Of a stretch of DNA of 64,000 bases, positions 1 to 8,242 are shown piece after piece (the stretch's first letter is position 1; every line of letters starts with the position of its first letter). Origin of the DNA: Burkholderiales bacterium (GTDB lineage Bacteria > Pseudomonadota > Gammaproteobacteria > Burkholderiales > Burkholderiaceae_C); the NCBI GenBank assembly GCA_046342195.1, contig JBKDQE010000020.1, positions 18,671 through 82,670 of the forward strand, given 5' to 3'. A program made the translations under genes and the position numbers. Under the pieces are notes generated by a model, which was not told where the DNA came from, searched no databases, and worked only from the letters and a program-made list of their open reading frames with translations.

Positions 1-1
1 A

Positions 2-763
2 TTGTTGATGAATGCTCCTGCCCATCTTACTCATTTGCTGGCCTTTGATACCGCCACAGAGCATCTGAATGTGGTGCTGGCCACGCCTCAAGGGCAGTGG
101 CTTGTCGAGGAAGCCGGGGGCTCCAAGGCTTCTGTGCGCCTGATTCCCGCCATTCGCGATCTTCTGGCGCAAGGGGCTTGCACATGGTCTGATTTAACGG
201 CCATTGGCTTTGGGCGGGGGCCGGGGGCCTTCACAGGCTTGAGAACGGCCGCTTCCGTGGCCCAGGGCCTGGCGTTTGGCGCTGGAAAGCCCGTTTTGTC
301 GATAGACACCCTCATGGCCGTGGCCCAAGATGCCCGGATGCTGCTTCAGGACTGCGGATCTTTGATCCCAGCGTCTGGGCATGTATGGGTGGTAATGGAT
401 GCCCGTATGGATGAAATTTATGCGGCCCATTACCAGTGGAGTCATGGGCAGTGGCACACATTGGTGCAGCCGCACCTGACAAACCCTGAGGCACTTCATC
501 AGGCTTGGCAGGTTGGCCCGCCCCAAGTGGTTGCGGGCACAGCACTCAGCGCTTTTAGCGCCCGGCTGACGCCTGGATCGGGGGCCGTGTGCGTTCCTGA
601 GGCCCTTCCGCGCGGGCCTGCTTTGCGGCATTTGGCACAGCAGGGCTGGAATTCTGGCGAGGCCATGGATGCCGCCCTGGCCCTGCCCACTTACATCCGT
701 GACAAGGTGGCGCAGACCACCGCCGAACGTGCATCCATCAAGGTGGCGGGGAGTCTCCGGTGA
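2..763 (+). CDS. tsaB: tRNA t6A biosynthesis protein TsaB (YeaZ family)
   Basis: Translation carries the YeaZ-type signature FDTATEHL...GRGPGAFTGLRTAASVAQGLAFG. ATG at 8 is the likely start. The stop overlaps the next start (GTGA). Confidence 0.85.
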   Translation: MLMNAPAHLTHLLAFDTATEHLNVVLATPQGQWLVEEAGGSKASVRLIPAIRDLLAQGACTWSDLTAIGFGRGPGAFTGLRTAASVAQGLAFGAGKPVLSIDTLMAVAQDARMLLQDCGSLIPASGHVWVVMDARMDEIYAAHYQWSHGQWHTLVQPHLTNPEALHQAWQVGPPQVVAGTALSAFSARLTPGSGAVCVPEALPRGPALRHLAQQGWNSGEAMDAALALPTYIRDKVAQTTAERASIKVAGSLR

Positions 764-1302
764 GGTCTGTGTCAGCACCTCCCGGAACCGAATGTCGGGC
801 CCTCACGGCCACCGACCTCGACGCTGTGATGCATTTGGAAGTGCAGGCCTATGATTTTCCCTGGACGCGAGGCAATTTTCTCGATTCACTTTTGGCAGGA
901 TATTGGGCTTATGCCTTGTTTCAGTGTTCGGCTGAGCCCCAGGAAAAATCTCCTGCATTGCTCGCCTATGCATGGGCAATGGCAGGGGTGGGGGAGCTTC
1001 ATTTGCTGAATATCACGGTAGCCCGCTGCTGTTGGGGCCGCGGTTATGCACAGTTTTTGCTCGATCGGCTGGTGGCGTGGGGCCACGAAATTCATGCTGA
1101 AGATCTGTGGCTGGAGGTTCGACCAAGCAATCTTCGGGCCATCGCGCTTTACGAACGTTATGGGTTCAAAAGCATCGCTTGCCGACGCCATTATTACCCC
1201 GCGCTTGCAGGGGGCCGTGAAGATGCCATGGTCATGAGTTTCAAGCCTTTTGGCGGCCAAACCATCCCCGAAGAGCTGAGGGGTCGGGGGGTGAGAGCAT
1301 GA
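760..1302 (+). CDS. rimI: ribosomal-protein-alanine N-acetyltransferase (GNAT)
   Basis: GNAT core LHLLNITVARCCWGRGYAQFLL...LEVRPSNLRAIALYERYGF. It sits in the conserved tsaB-rimI arrangement and has a 4-nt overlap with the genes on both sides. Confidence 0.8.
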   Translation: MRSVSAPPGTECRALTATDLDAVMHLEVQAYDFPWTRGNFLDSLLAGYWAYALFQCSAEPQEKSPALLAYAWAMAGVGELHLLNITVARCCWGRGYAQFLLDRLVAWGHEIHAEDLWLEVRPSNLRAIALYERYGFKSIACRRHYYPALAGGREDAMVMSFKPFGGQTIPEELRGRGVRA

Positions 1303-2171
1303 TCTGGTCTCTCAGGCAGCAGGAAATTTTGGCCGAAATGGGCTTGAAGGTCTGGCGACCTCAACCTGCGATTCTCAAACCATCGGCCTCAGCGCCGGTT
1401 TCTGCGCAAGGTCGGCCAATCGCCCAGGTGTCTGCGCCATCGGGGGGGCGTCAGCTGCCTGCTGTTTCGACCGATGTGCCATCAGCCCGGGCCAGGCTTC
1501 AGAAGCCGGCCCCCATGCCACCTGCCCATGAAATGTTGATCCACCAAGAGCCTGTTGCCTCGCGGGGGCGGCCAGGGCTTGAAAAAATGGATTGGGCCGC
1601 CATCAAGCAGGCCGTGGGAGATTGTCGTGCCTGTAAACTGTGCGAGAACCGAACCCAAGCTGTTTTTGGAGGGGGGGCGCCGCAGGCGCCATGGCTGATT
1701 GTGGGCGAGGCGCCGGGCGAGCAGGAAGATCAACTGGGGGAGCCGTTCGTCGGAAAATCCGGGCAACTCCTGGACAATATGCTTCAGGCCATTCAGCTTT
1801 CCCGGCAGCATGGCGTATCAGCCGAACAACCGGGGTCAAGGGCCTCTCAGGTTTATATCACCCATGCCGTCAAATGCCGCCCTCCCGGCAATCGCAATCC
1901 AGAACCTGAAGAATTGGCCCAGTGTCAACCCTTCCTCATCCGGCAAATTGAACTCCTCAAGCCACGCATTATTCTGGCCATGGGGCGTTTTGCCGTTCAA
2001 GCTTTGCTGCAAAGCCAAGAGCCTATTGGCCGGCTGAGAGGTCGGGTACACCACTGCCAAGGGGTTCCCTTGATTGTCACCTACCATCCGGCTTATCTCC
2101 TGCGCAACCCTGAAGATAAAGCCAAGTCTTGGGCCGATTTATGCTTGGCCTACAAAACGGCGCGACACTAG
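1299..2171 (+). CDS. uracil-DNA glycosylase, family 4, with ~100-aa N-terminal extension
   Basis: Family-4 UDG motifs CRACKLCENRTQAVFGGG, GEAPGEQEDQLGEPFVGKSGQLL and HPAYLLRN. ATGA overlap with rimI. Confidence 0.85.
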   Translation: MIWSLRQQEILAEMGLKVWRPQPAILKPSASAPVSAQGRPIAQVSAPSGGRQLPAVSTDVPSARARLQKPAPMPPAHEMLIHQEPVASRGRPGLEKMDWAAIKQAVGDCRACKLCENRTQAVFGGGAPQAPWLIVGEAPGEQEDQLGEPFVGKSGQLLDNMLQAIQLSRQHGVSAEQPGSRASQVYITHAVKCRPPGNRNPEPEELAQCQPFLIRQIELLKPRIILAMGRFAVQALLQSQEPIGRLRGRVHHCQGVPLIVTYHPAYLLRNPEDKAKSWADLCLAYKTARH

Positions 2172-2212
2172 ATATGGATTAGATAGCACTTCTGCGAGCT
2201 GGCGGGTGTTTG

Positions 2213-3361
2213 TCACCGAGAGAGCCGTTCAACGTAGGCCTCATAGCTGTAACTCCGGTTTTTTTTCTGGCCAGTCATTTCCGTCGCGATGCCCAACTCT
2301 TCTAGCACCCTGACCGCCGCCGTTGCGGTCGGGAAGCTGGTATCGAGTTGCTGACGAACGCGTTCGATGGTGAAGCGCGGCATCATCGGCAACATCTCGA
2401 ACAGCCGGTAGCTGGACGGGCCAGCCTTGGCGGATTGCAGCAAGCGCCTGCGATCTGTAGCCACCAGACTGGCGACCTCGATGATGTTTTTTTCCGCATC
2501 GCCAGCGGCTGTAGCGACACCTTCTAGAAAAAAGATCACCCAAGCCTCCCAATCCCCATCTGTGCGGATAGCCGACAGGCGACGGTAGTACTCAGCCTGA
2601 TGTTGCTTCAGGTAGCCGCTGAGGTACATCAGCGGCTCGGACAACAGCCCCCAGTGTTCAAACAACGCCGCGATCAGTAGGCGGCCAATGCGTCCGTTAC
2701 CGTCCAGAAAAGGGTGGATGGTTTCAAACTGCGCATGAATCAGGGCCACCTTGACCATCGGTGGCAAATCCGTCGCCGTATCGTGAATGAACCGCTCCAT
2801 GTCGGCGAGCAGCGTGGGAACGTGCTCCGGCGGTGGCGGTACGAAAACCGCATTGCCAGGCCGTGTGCCACCGATCCAGTTTTGCGACCGACGTAACTCC
2901 CCGGGTTGTTTGCCTGCGCCGCGCGCTCCATCCAGCAGGCGTCGATGCGCCTCGCACAACAGCCGTACGCTGATGGGCAGCCCCTTCGGATCGCGCAGTT
3001 GCTCCTGTGTCCAGCGGAATGCACGCAGGTAGTTGGTCACTTCTTCCACGTCGTCGGTGTTGCTGACCTTGAAGCCTGCTTCTTCATCGAACAAGTCGGT
3101 CAGCGTGGCCTGCGTGCCCTCGATTTGTGACGTCAGCAGAGCTTCTTTGCGGATGGCGCTGTACAGCAACCAATCTACCGACGGCACCAAGCCTGACACA
3201 CCCGCTAAACGCGCAAGCGCCAGTTCTGCCTGCCGATTGAGGTCAGTGAACACCTCGGGTGGCAGGGCTGGCTCAGCTGGCGGCAAGGCGTGGGGCACGA
3301 AGGCACGCACCGACTCGCCCAGTGTCGTGGAAATTGAATAGGTCCCAGTGATGCGTGTCAT
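2213..3361 (-). CDS. Fic family protein (class II, N-terminal inhibitory helix)
   Basis: Canonical Fic motif HPFLDGNGRIGR and the upstream inhibitory motif TSQIEGT, which fits (S/T)xxxE(G/N). Length ~380 aa with a C-terminal wHTH-like tail. Confidence 0.9.
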   Translation of the reverse strand: MTRITGTYSISTTLGESVRAFVPHALPPAEPALPPEVFTDLNRQAELALARLAGVSGLVPSVDWLLYSAIRKEALLTSQIEGTQATLTDLFDEEAGFKVSNTDDVEEVTNYLRAFRWTQEQLRDPKGLPISVRLLCEAHRRLLDGARGAGKQPGELRRSQNWIGGTRPGNAVFVPPPPEHVPTLLADMERFIHDTATDLPPMVKVALIHAQFETIHPFLDGNGRIGRLLIAALFEHWGLLSEPLMYLSGYLKQHQAEYYRRLSAIRTDGDWEAWVIFFLEGVATAAGDAEKNIIEVASLVATDRRRLLQSAKAGPSSYRLFEMLPMMPRFTIERVRQQLDTSFPTATAAVRVLEELGIATEMTGQKKNRSYSYEAYVERLSR

Positions 3362-3536
3362 TGAAAGCTGTCTTTAGTAGAGCGCCATCGAATTAAAGCA
3401 TTCTTTATTGTGGATGACAACGATTAAAGACCACTTTCATTGCCTCATGGCGAATCACTTTGTCCGGCTTAGAGTCTATCCGTAAATAGATAAACTGCGG
3501 TCCGAGCCGCATTGGGCGCGGCGCAGGAGCGAGATC

Positions 3537-3697
3537 TTGGCGAAACGTGTCGATTCGTGGGTGGTAACCGATGAGTTATGGGAGCGGGTGGAGCCGCTGA
3601 TTCCCAAGCGCTTGGCAGCAGACAGGATCTACGTGCGCAAGCCGGGTGCTGGCCGCCCACCGAAGCCGGCTAGACCGGTATTCGAGGCCATCGTCTA
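3537..3697 (+). mobile_element. IS5-family transposase N-terminal fragment (remnant)
   Basis: Frame reads VVTDELWERVEPLIPKR...GAGRPPKPARPVFEAIV then stops. This is typical of the N-terminal (DUF4096-like) part of IS5/IS427-group transposases. No downstream continuation. Confidence 0.6.
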
Positions 3698-4142
3698 GCC
3701 CCTGAGATGCGTTCCAACGTGGCAGCGTACCGCTAACGTACAAGGCCTCTATTGCCAGACCAGCTTCCCATTCAAACGCCTCAATCGGCAATAGGTCCCC
3801 ATCCCAGGCCAGTTCCTTGATCAAGCCGCTTTCAATCCGAAATCGGGCTGATCTTTCTTCATCAAACTCCCAAGTAGTTTCCGACAGTGCTACGAGCAAG
3901 TCTTCAGGCGCCCGATCCAGTGCCTTTGCCCACCGAACGAGCTGCCGATAATCCGGTTCGCAGAGTTCGAAGTTGCCGAGTTTGATAGTTCGTTTCTCGA
4001 CCTGAATTGCCTGCCGCCTGGCGATCTCGAGAGCCTCGCCAACCATCCGGGACACGATACGATCCCCAGCTGAGATCGTCGTCAAGTTTGTGCTCGGTCG
4101 CCGGATCAGTGCGTTTCGATTAGCGTCGTTGGGAAGAGTCAT
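3576..4142 (-). CDS. hypothetical protein fragment trapped between IS5 remnants
   Basis: ATG at 4142 (MTLPNDANRN...) opens a frame with no domain I recognise. The 3' part runs antisense through the IS fragment, so the native end is probably lost. Confidence 0.3.
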   Translation of the reverse strand: MTLPNDANRNALIRRPSTNLTTISAGDRIVSRMVGEALEIARRQAIQVEKRTIKLGNFELCEPDYRQLVRWAKALDRAPEDLLVALSETTWEFDEERSARFRIESGLIKELAWDGDLLPIEAFEWEAGLAIEALYVSGTLPRWNASQGLDDGLEYRSSRLRWAASTRLAHVDPVCCQALGNQRLHPLP

Positions 4143-4189
4143 TCGCGTCAAGTGACGAAATAGTGAATGCGTTGAGTTATCAGGGGGCG

Positions 4190-4375
4190 CCTCGAAGTTT
4201 TTGCTTAGATACTGTCGACACGAGACTCTGGGCCAAAGGGCAAGACAACGAATCTGTGCGGCAGCGAGAAATGATGCCAGATTTTTATTGTAATGCGTGG
4301 CAATGCCGCGCCATCCCTTGAGGTGCAAAAAAGCATCATCGCTCAAGCAAAAATTCCCGTACACCCTTGTCGCGC
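4190..4375 (-). mobile_element. IS5-family transposase C-terminal fragment plus IS end (remnant)
   Basis: Reads ...DDAFLHLKGWRGIATHYNKNLASFLAAAQIRCLALWPRVS, closely matching the fragment at 23233-23427. The stop codon is mutated (TGA to TGT). Confidence 0.65.
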
Positions 4376-4399
4376 CAGCGACAAAAGCGCCGGTGCGTG

Positions 4400-4545
4400 T
4401 TCTTCCAGTTCTGGGCGACGAACCTGTGGTGCCGTGCTGCCTCGGAGCCATCGGACTGAGCCCTGGAAAGACAACAAGGCAATGGACAAGCGCCGCAATG
4501 AAGTGGAGCGCCTGTTTTGCAGGCTGTGCAGGCTGAAGGGCTCAG
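4400..4545 (+). mobile_element. second IS5-family transposase internal fragment (remnant)
   Basis: Reads AVLPRSHRTEPWKDNKAMDKRRNEVERLFCRL..KG, i.e. the YKxRNxVERxFxxLK region of IS5 transposases. It faces the 4190-4375 fragment head to head and abuts the 3' end of the OMP gene. Confidence 0.5.
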
Positions 4546-5780
4546 CCCAAAGCGATTCGGCCAAAACATCCGCCTGTGTAGGCGATGTAACTGTTCGACA
4601 AAACCGAGTCAGTCGATCGACTCTCCCGGCCGACCTCGCAGCCGAGGGTCAGGTTGCGCTGGGGGTTGTACTGTGCACCGAAGCTCACGACCTTGACCCG
4701 ATCCATGCCTGACAGCGCCGGGCTGCTGACCAAAGAGCCCCGGGTGTAGCTTCCTGACAGGTTCAGATTCACTTTGGCGCTCATGCTATAGGTGGCCAAG
4801 GCTCTGGCGGTGTGGGTCAGGCGGTAGGCCTCCAGTGCCGGGGGTGTGGCTCCGCCGACAAAATCTGCAAATCGAGCTTCAGTGCCTGTGTCGCGGATCA
4901 GCGATGTGATCAAGCGCCATCGGCCTGAGGCTTGATAATCCCAGGTGATCTGACCTGTCAGCCCGGAAAAATCGGCATGCGTGGCGAGGCTATGGTTTTC
5001 ATCCCCGAGGCTCAGCCGGGCATTCAGAGTACTGAAGCCACCCGGGCGCCACTGCAAGGTGAAATCAATGTCTTTGCGGTGGCTGGTGTCAGCCTGGCTG
5101 GGCGTGAAGCGTGGGGTGTCAATGTGGGTTGTGCGCAGGGCAAGCCCCAAATTTGTAAACTCTGCCAGCCCATAGCTGCCCCCGATGGTCACTGTGTTCT
5201 GCGTGTTTTCACGGCTGGCATAAGCCGCATCTGAATAGGCAAGTTGCCGATGCTGCAACCCGGCCTGAAGGCGCATTCGGCTGTTGGCCAAGTAGTTCAG
5301 GTGGGCTGCCAGCAGTTGGGTTTTTTCACTATTGCGCTGATCCGTACTGGGCAGGCCCGCCAGCGAGGGGTTGGCCAAGTTTTGGCTTAAACCATAGCGA
5401 AAGTCTCCCAGCAGTTTCCCGGCGGTATTCCAATCCAGGCGGGTGTTCAGTCCGTAGCTCGTGTTGTTCAATGAACTGACCTCCTGATAACGGTTCTCGC
5501 TGACAGAAGCCGAAAGGCTCAGGTGGTGTCGGCCCAGCCGCTGGTCAACCCCCCCGAACAAGGTGCTGCTGAACCCATTGTCGGCACGTCGGCTGGGGGC
5601 TCGCAACACATTCGATTCATGCGTGAAGCCCAAGCTGGCACCGATCTGAAATGGCGGCGACCTTTCCTCGGCGGCGCTTTGCGCCAGGCCATTGTGGCTG
5701 GCCAGTGTTCCGGCGGTCAGCAGCATCAGCCTGGTCCAGGTGCTGTATCGGCTAGAGAGTGAAGGAACGTGAGCAGGCAT
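4542..5780 (-). CDS. predicted outer-membrane beta-barrel protein of an exopolysaccharide locus, 3' end possibly replaced by IS debris
   Basis: Signal-peptide-like start MPAHVPSLSSRYSTWTRLMLLTAGTLASHNGLAQS, then alternating beta-strand patterns rich in Y/G/S/T/N. It lies directly downstream of the priming sugar transferase. The last residues overlap the IS fragment. Confidence 0.55.
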   Translation of the reverse strand: MPAHVPSLSSRYSTWTRLMLLTAGTLASHNGLAQSAAEERSPPFQIGASLGFTHESNVLRAPSRRADNGFSSTLFGGVDQRLGRHHLSLSASVSENRYQEVSSLNNTSYGLNTRLDWNTAGKLLGDFRYGLSQNLANPSLAGLPSTDQRNSEKTQLLAAHLNYLANSRMRLQAGLQHRQLAYSDAAYASRENTQNTVTIGGSYGLAEFTNLGLALRTTHIDTPRFTPSQADTSHRKDIDFTLQWRPGGFSTLNARLSLGDENHSLATHADFSGLTGQITWDYQASGRWRLITSLIRDTGTEARFADFVGGATPPALEAYRLTHTARALATYSMSAKVNLNLSGSYTRGSLVSSPALSGMDRVKVVSFGAQYNPQRNLTLGCEVGRESRSTDSVLSNSYIAYTGGCFGRIALG

Positions 5781-5867
5781 AGAGGGGTCTCCAACAGAGG
5801 GCTTAGAGTGTGTCAGCAGGTAAAATCGATTCGGCTTGCCTGCCTGCATGTCAAGCGCAGCCAAGGC

Positions 5868-7265
5868 TCAATAAGCATTGCGATCAAAAAAAATAAGGCG
5901 GATGGTCCTGATGATGATTTGAAGATCCAGCACCAAAGACCAATTGCGCAAATAATCCAGATCGTGCTCGACGCGGGCGCGCATTTTTTCCAGTGTGTCG
6001 GTTTCGCCCCTGTGGCCATTCACTTGCGCCCACCCCGTGATGCCCGGCTTTACCTTGTGGCGCACCATGTAAGCTTTGATCAGCTGGCGGTACTGATTGT
6101 TATGAGCCACCGCATGAGGGCGAGGCCCCACGACACTCATGCTGCCCTGAAGCACATTAATAAACTGAGGCAGCTCATCAAGTGAAGTGCGCCGGATGAA
6201 CGCGCCAAAGCGTGTGATCCGCTCATCGTCACGAGTCGCCTGCCGAACTCGCGGCCCGTTGTCCTGAGTGGTCATGGAACGAAACTTGTAAACCACAATT
6301 TCATCCCCATTCAGGCCATTGCGTTTTTGGCGAAAAATGGCGGGGCCGGGAGAACTCAACTTCACCCCAATCGCCACCGCCATCAAAAGTGGCAATCCCA
6401 AAATCAAGACGAGCAAACTCAAGGCAATATCGCTGAGGCGCTTGATCATGGCATTGATACCGGTGAATGGGGTTTCACAAATGCCCACCACAGCAATGCC
6501 ATGCAGGTCCTCAAGGCGGCCCTGAATGATGCTGATACTAAATGTGTCGGGAACAAAATAAATACTGACCGTGGTAGCCTGAATTTGCTCGAGAAAATCC
6601 ATGATGCGCGGCTGCATGCTTAAAGGCAAAGTCATGTAAACCTCATGGATCCCGAACTGGCTGATATAAGGGGCTGCATCTTCCAGGCCCCCTAGCCGTT
6701 GATGGGTCGCATTACCGTTCAATCGGTCCTTGGTTCGATCGTCGAAGAAGCCCATCAAATCCACCCCGAGTTGATCGGGGTGGGTGAGGGCCTTGGCCAC
6801 CCGTGCGCCCAGACGTCCCGCCCCGATCACTACGGCGGTCCGACGATGCTCAGGGTGGGCCGCATATTGCCGCAAAATCTTTTGCCCGACCCCGATACTG
6901 GCCCAATGCAGGCAAGGCGTCACCACAATCCATACCGCCAGTGCTTTCAGGTTAAAGAGATGTAAACTTTGTGTCAGATAGGCGCATAGCCACAGAATCA
7001 AAACCACCACCAGCCATGAAGCGGCGATCTCGGTGCCGGCTGTGAGCAGGGTTTTATGGAATCGGTTTCGCCCCGGAAAAGTCAGCGCCACCACCAAAAA
7101 GCCCAACACCCATTCGGGCCGATCGATCACATCTCCCCGCCAAACATGAATCAATCCAAGCATCAAAACGGTCAGCAGCGGCTCCCAAACCGCGGCCACC
7201 ACCGAAGTCACTGACTGCGGTGCGTTGAAAAAATTTCGTCGAAAGGGGCTGCGATCATCCAGCAT
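5868..7265 (-). CDS. undecaprenyl-phosphate hexose-1-phosphate transferase (WcaJ/EPS priming sugar transferase family)
   Basis: Several N-terminal TM segments, a Rossmann-like VVIGAGRLG, and the bacterial sugar transferase C-domain PRPHAV...KPGITGWAQVNGHRGETD...DLDYLRNWSLVLDLQI. Start is uncertain (7265 or 7319). Confidence 0.85.
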   Translation of the reverse strand: MLDDRSPFRRNFFNAPQSVTSVVAAVWEPLLTVLMLGLIHVWRGDVIDRPEWVLGFLVVALTFPGRNRFHKTLLTAGTEIAASWLVVVLILWLCAYLTQSLHLFNLKALAVWIVVTPCLHWASIGVGQKILRQYAAHPEHRRTAVVIGAGRLGARVAKALTHPDQLGVDLMGFFDDRTKDRLNGNATHQRLGGLEDAAPYISQFGIHEVYMTLPLSMQPRIMDFLEQIQATTVSIYFVPDTFSISIIQGRLEDLHGIAVVGICETPFTGINAMIKRLSDIALSLLVLILGLPLLMAVAIGVKLSSPGPAIFRQKRNGLNGDEIVVYKFRSMTTQDNGPRVRQATRDDERITRFGAFIRRTSLDELPQFINVLQGSMSVVGPRPHAVAHNNQYRQLIKAYMVRHKVKPGITGWAQVNGHRGETDTLEKMRARVEHDLDYLRNWSLVLDLQIIIRTIRLIFFDRNAY

Positions 7266-7702
7266 CGAACAAGAGCCTCGCGCCAGTATGGCAAGCTCTG
7301 CGATCCTCGCCTGAATCATCCCGTACCCCATGAGGGGGCTTGTTCGGGCTGGCTCCCGTGGCATCCCCATAATGAACCACACTGCCAGCATCGGGCGGTA
7401 TGGCTCCATTGGGGGCTCAACCCTGGTGCCCAAGATCTCGGCTTTTTCATTGACATCCTTGTTGATTTCATGGGTGTTTGCGTCCAAAGTAAATGATTGA
7501 CAATCCAAAATCAGGCCACAACGCCTGCGAGGGTTTGGTTCATCTTCCCTGAAAAGTCCGGCATGGCAATAAGTCCTGATTGTCTGAAGGCCATCACCCT
7601 TTTTGGTCGTGTCCGATCAATATCTGTTCAGGAAAACGTCGGTCTTCTTAGGCCCTGAAGTGGGATGATTCATTTCAATGCCATGCCCGCTACAATCAAG
7701 CC

Positions 7703-8236
7703 ATGACAATCCCTTTGCCTACTTGGTTTTGGCCGGCCATGGTGCCCAAACTGATCCTGGTCTTGAACCATGTGATCAGCTCCGAAGAATCCGCCATGTC
7801 CCGTTTGCGGCCCCATGCGGGGCGCTATTTAAGGCTTGAGTGCCATGGGCCGGCGGGGTTTCCAGCCTGGCCCGCTGTGCTCGTCGAAATCACCCCGGCG
7901 GGTTTGTTTGATACTGCGGGCCTTTCTGAAACAGCTTCCCCAGATCTTCACATCGTGATCGATGCCTCCAACCCGTTGGCGCTGGCCCTCGGGGGCTTGA
8001 AGGGCGAACGGCCTCGCATGGCAGTCTCTGGAGATGCCACCTTGGCCGGTGATATTCATTGGTTAATTGAAAACCTGCGTTGGGACATTGAAGATGATCT
8101 CTCCAGGCTGATCGGCCCCATGGGGGCGCATCAAGTGCTGCGTTGGGGTTCATGGTGGGCCTCAGGCTTGCGCGATGCCATCACCCGGTTGATGGCCTTG
8201 GCGGGCCGCTGGTCTCCTGGCAAGCCTTCGGCCTGA
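7703..8236 (+). CDS. ubiJ: SCP2-domain ubiquinone biosynthesis accessory factor (UbiJ-like)
   Basis: ~177-aa protein immediately upstream of ubiB and abutting it, with an SCP2-like central region. Assignment rests mainly on conserved position. Confidence 0.65.
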   Translation: MTIPLPTWFWPAMVPKLILVLNHVISSEESAMSRLRPHAGRYLRLECHGPAGFPAWPAVLVEITPAGLFDTAGLSETASPDLHIVIDASNPLALALGGLKGERPRMAVSGDATLAGDIHWLIENLRWDIEDDLSRLIGPMGAHQVLRWGSWWASGLRDAITRLMALAGRWSPGKPSA

Positions 8237-8242
8237 TTGTTC

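Noticed and set aside
3576-4451. 291-aa minus-strand ORF treated as one gene
   Set aside because: It is a chimera. The first ~80 codons are an IS5 transposase C-terminal remnant whose stop was lost. The middle is unrelated sequence. The last ~40 codons run antisense through another IS5 fragment.
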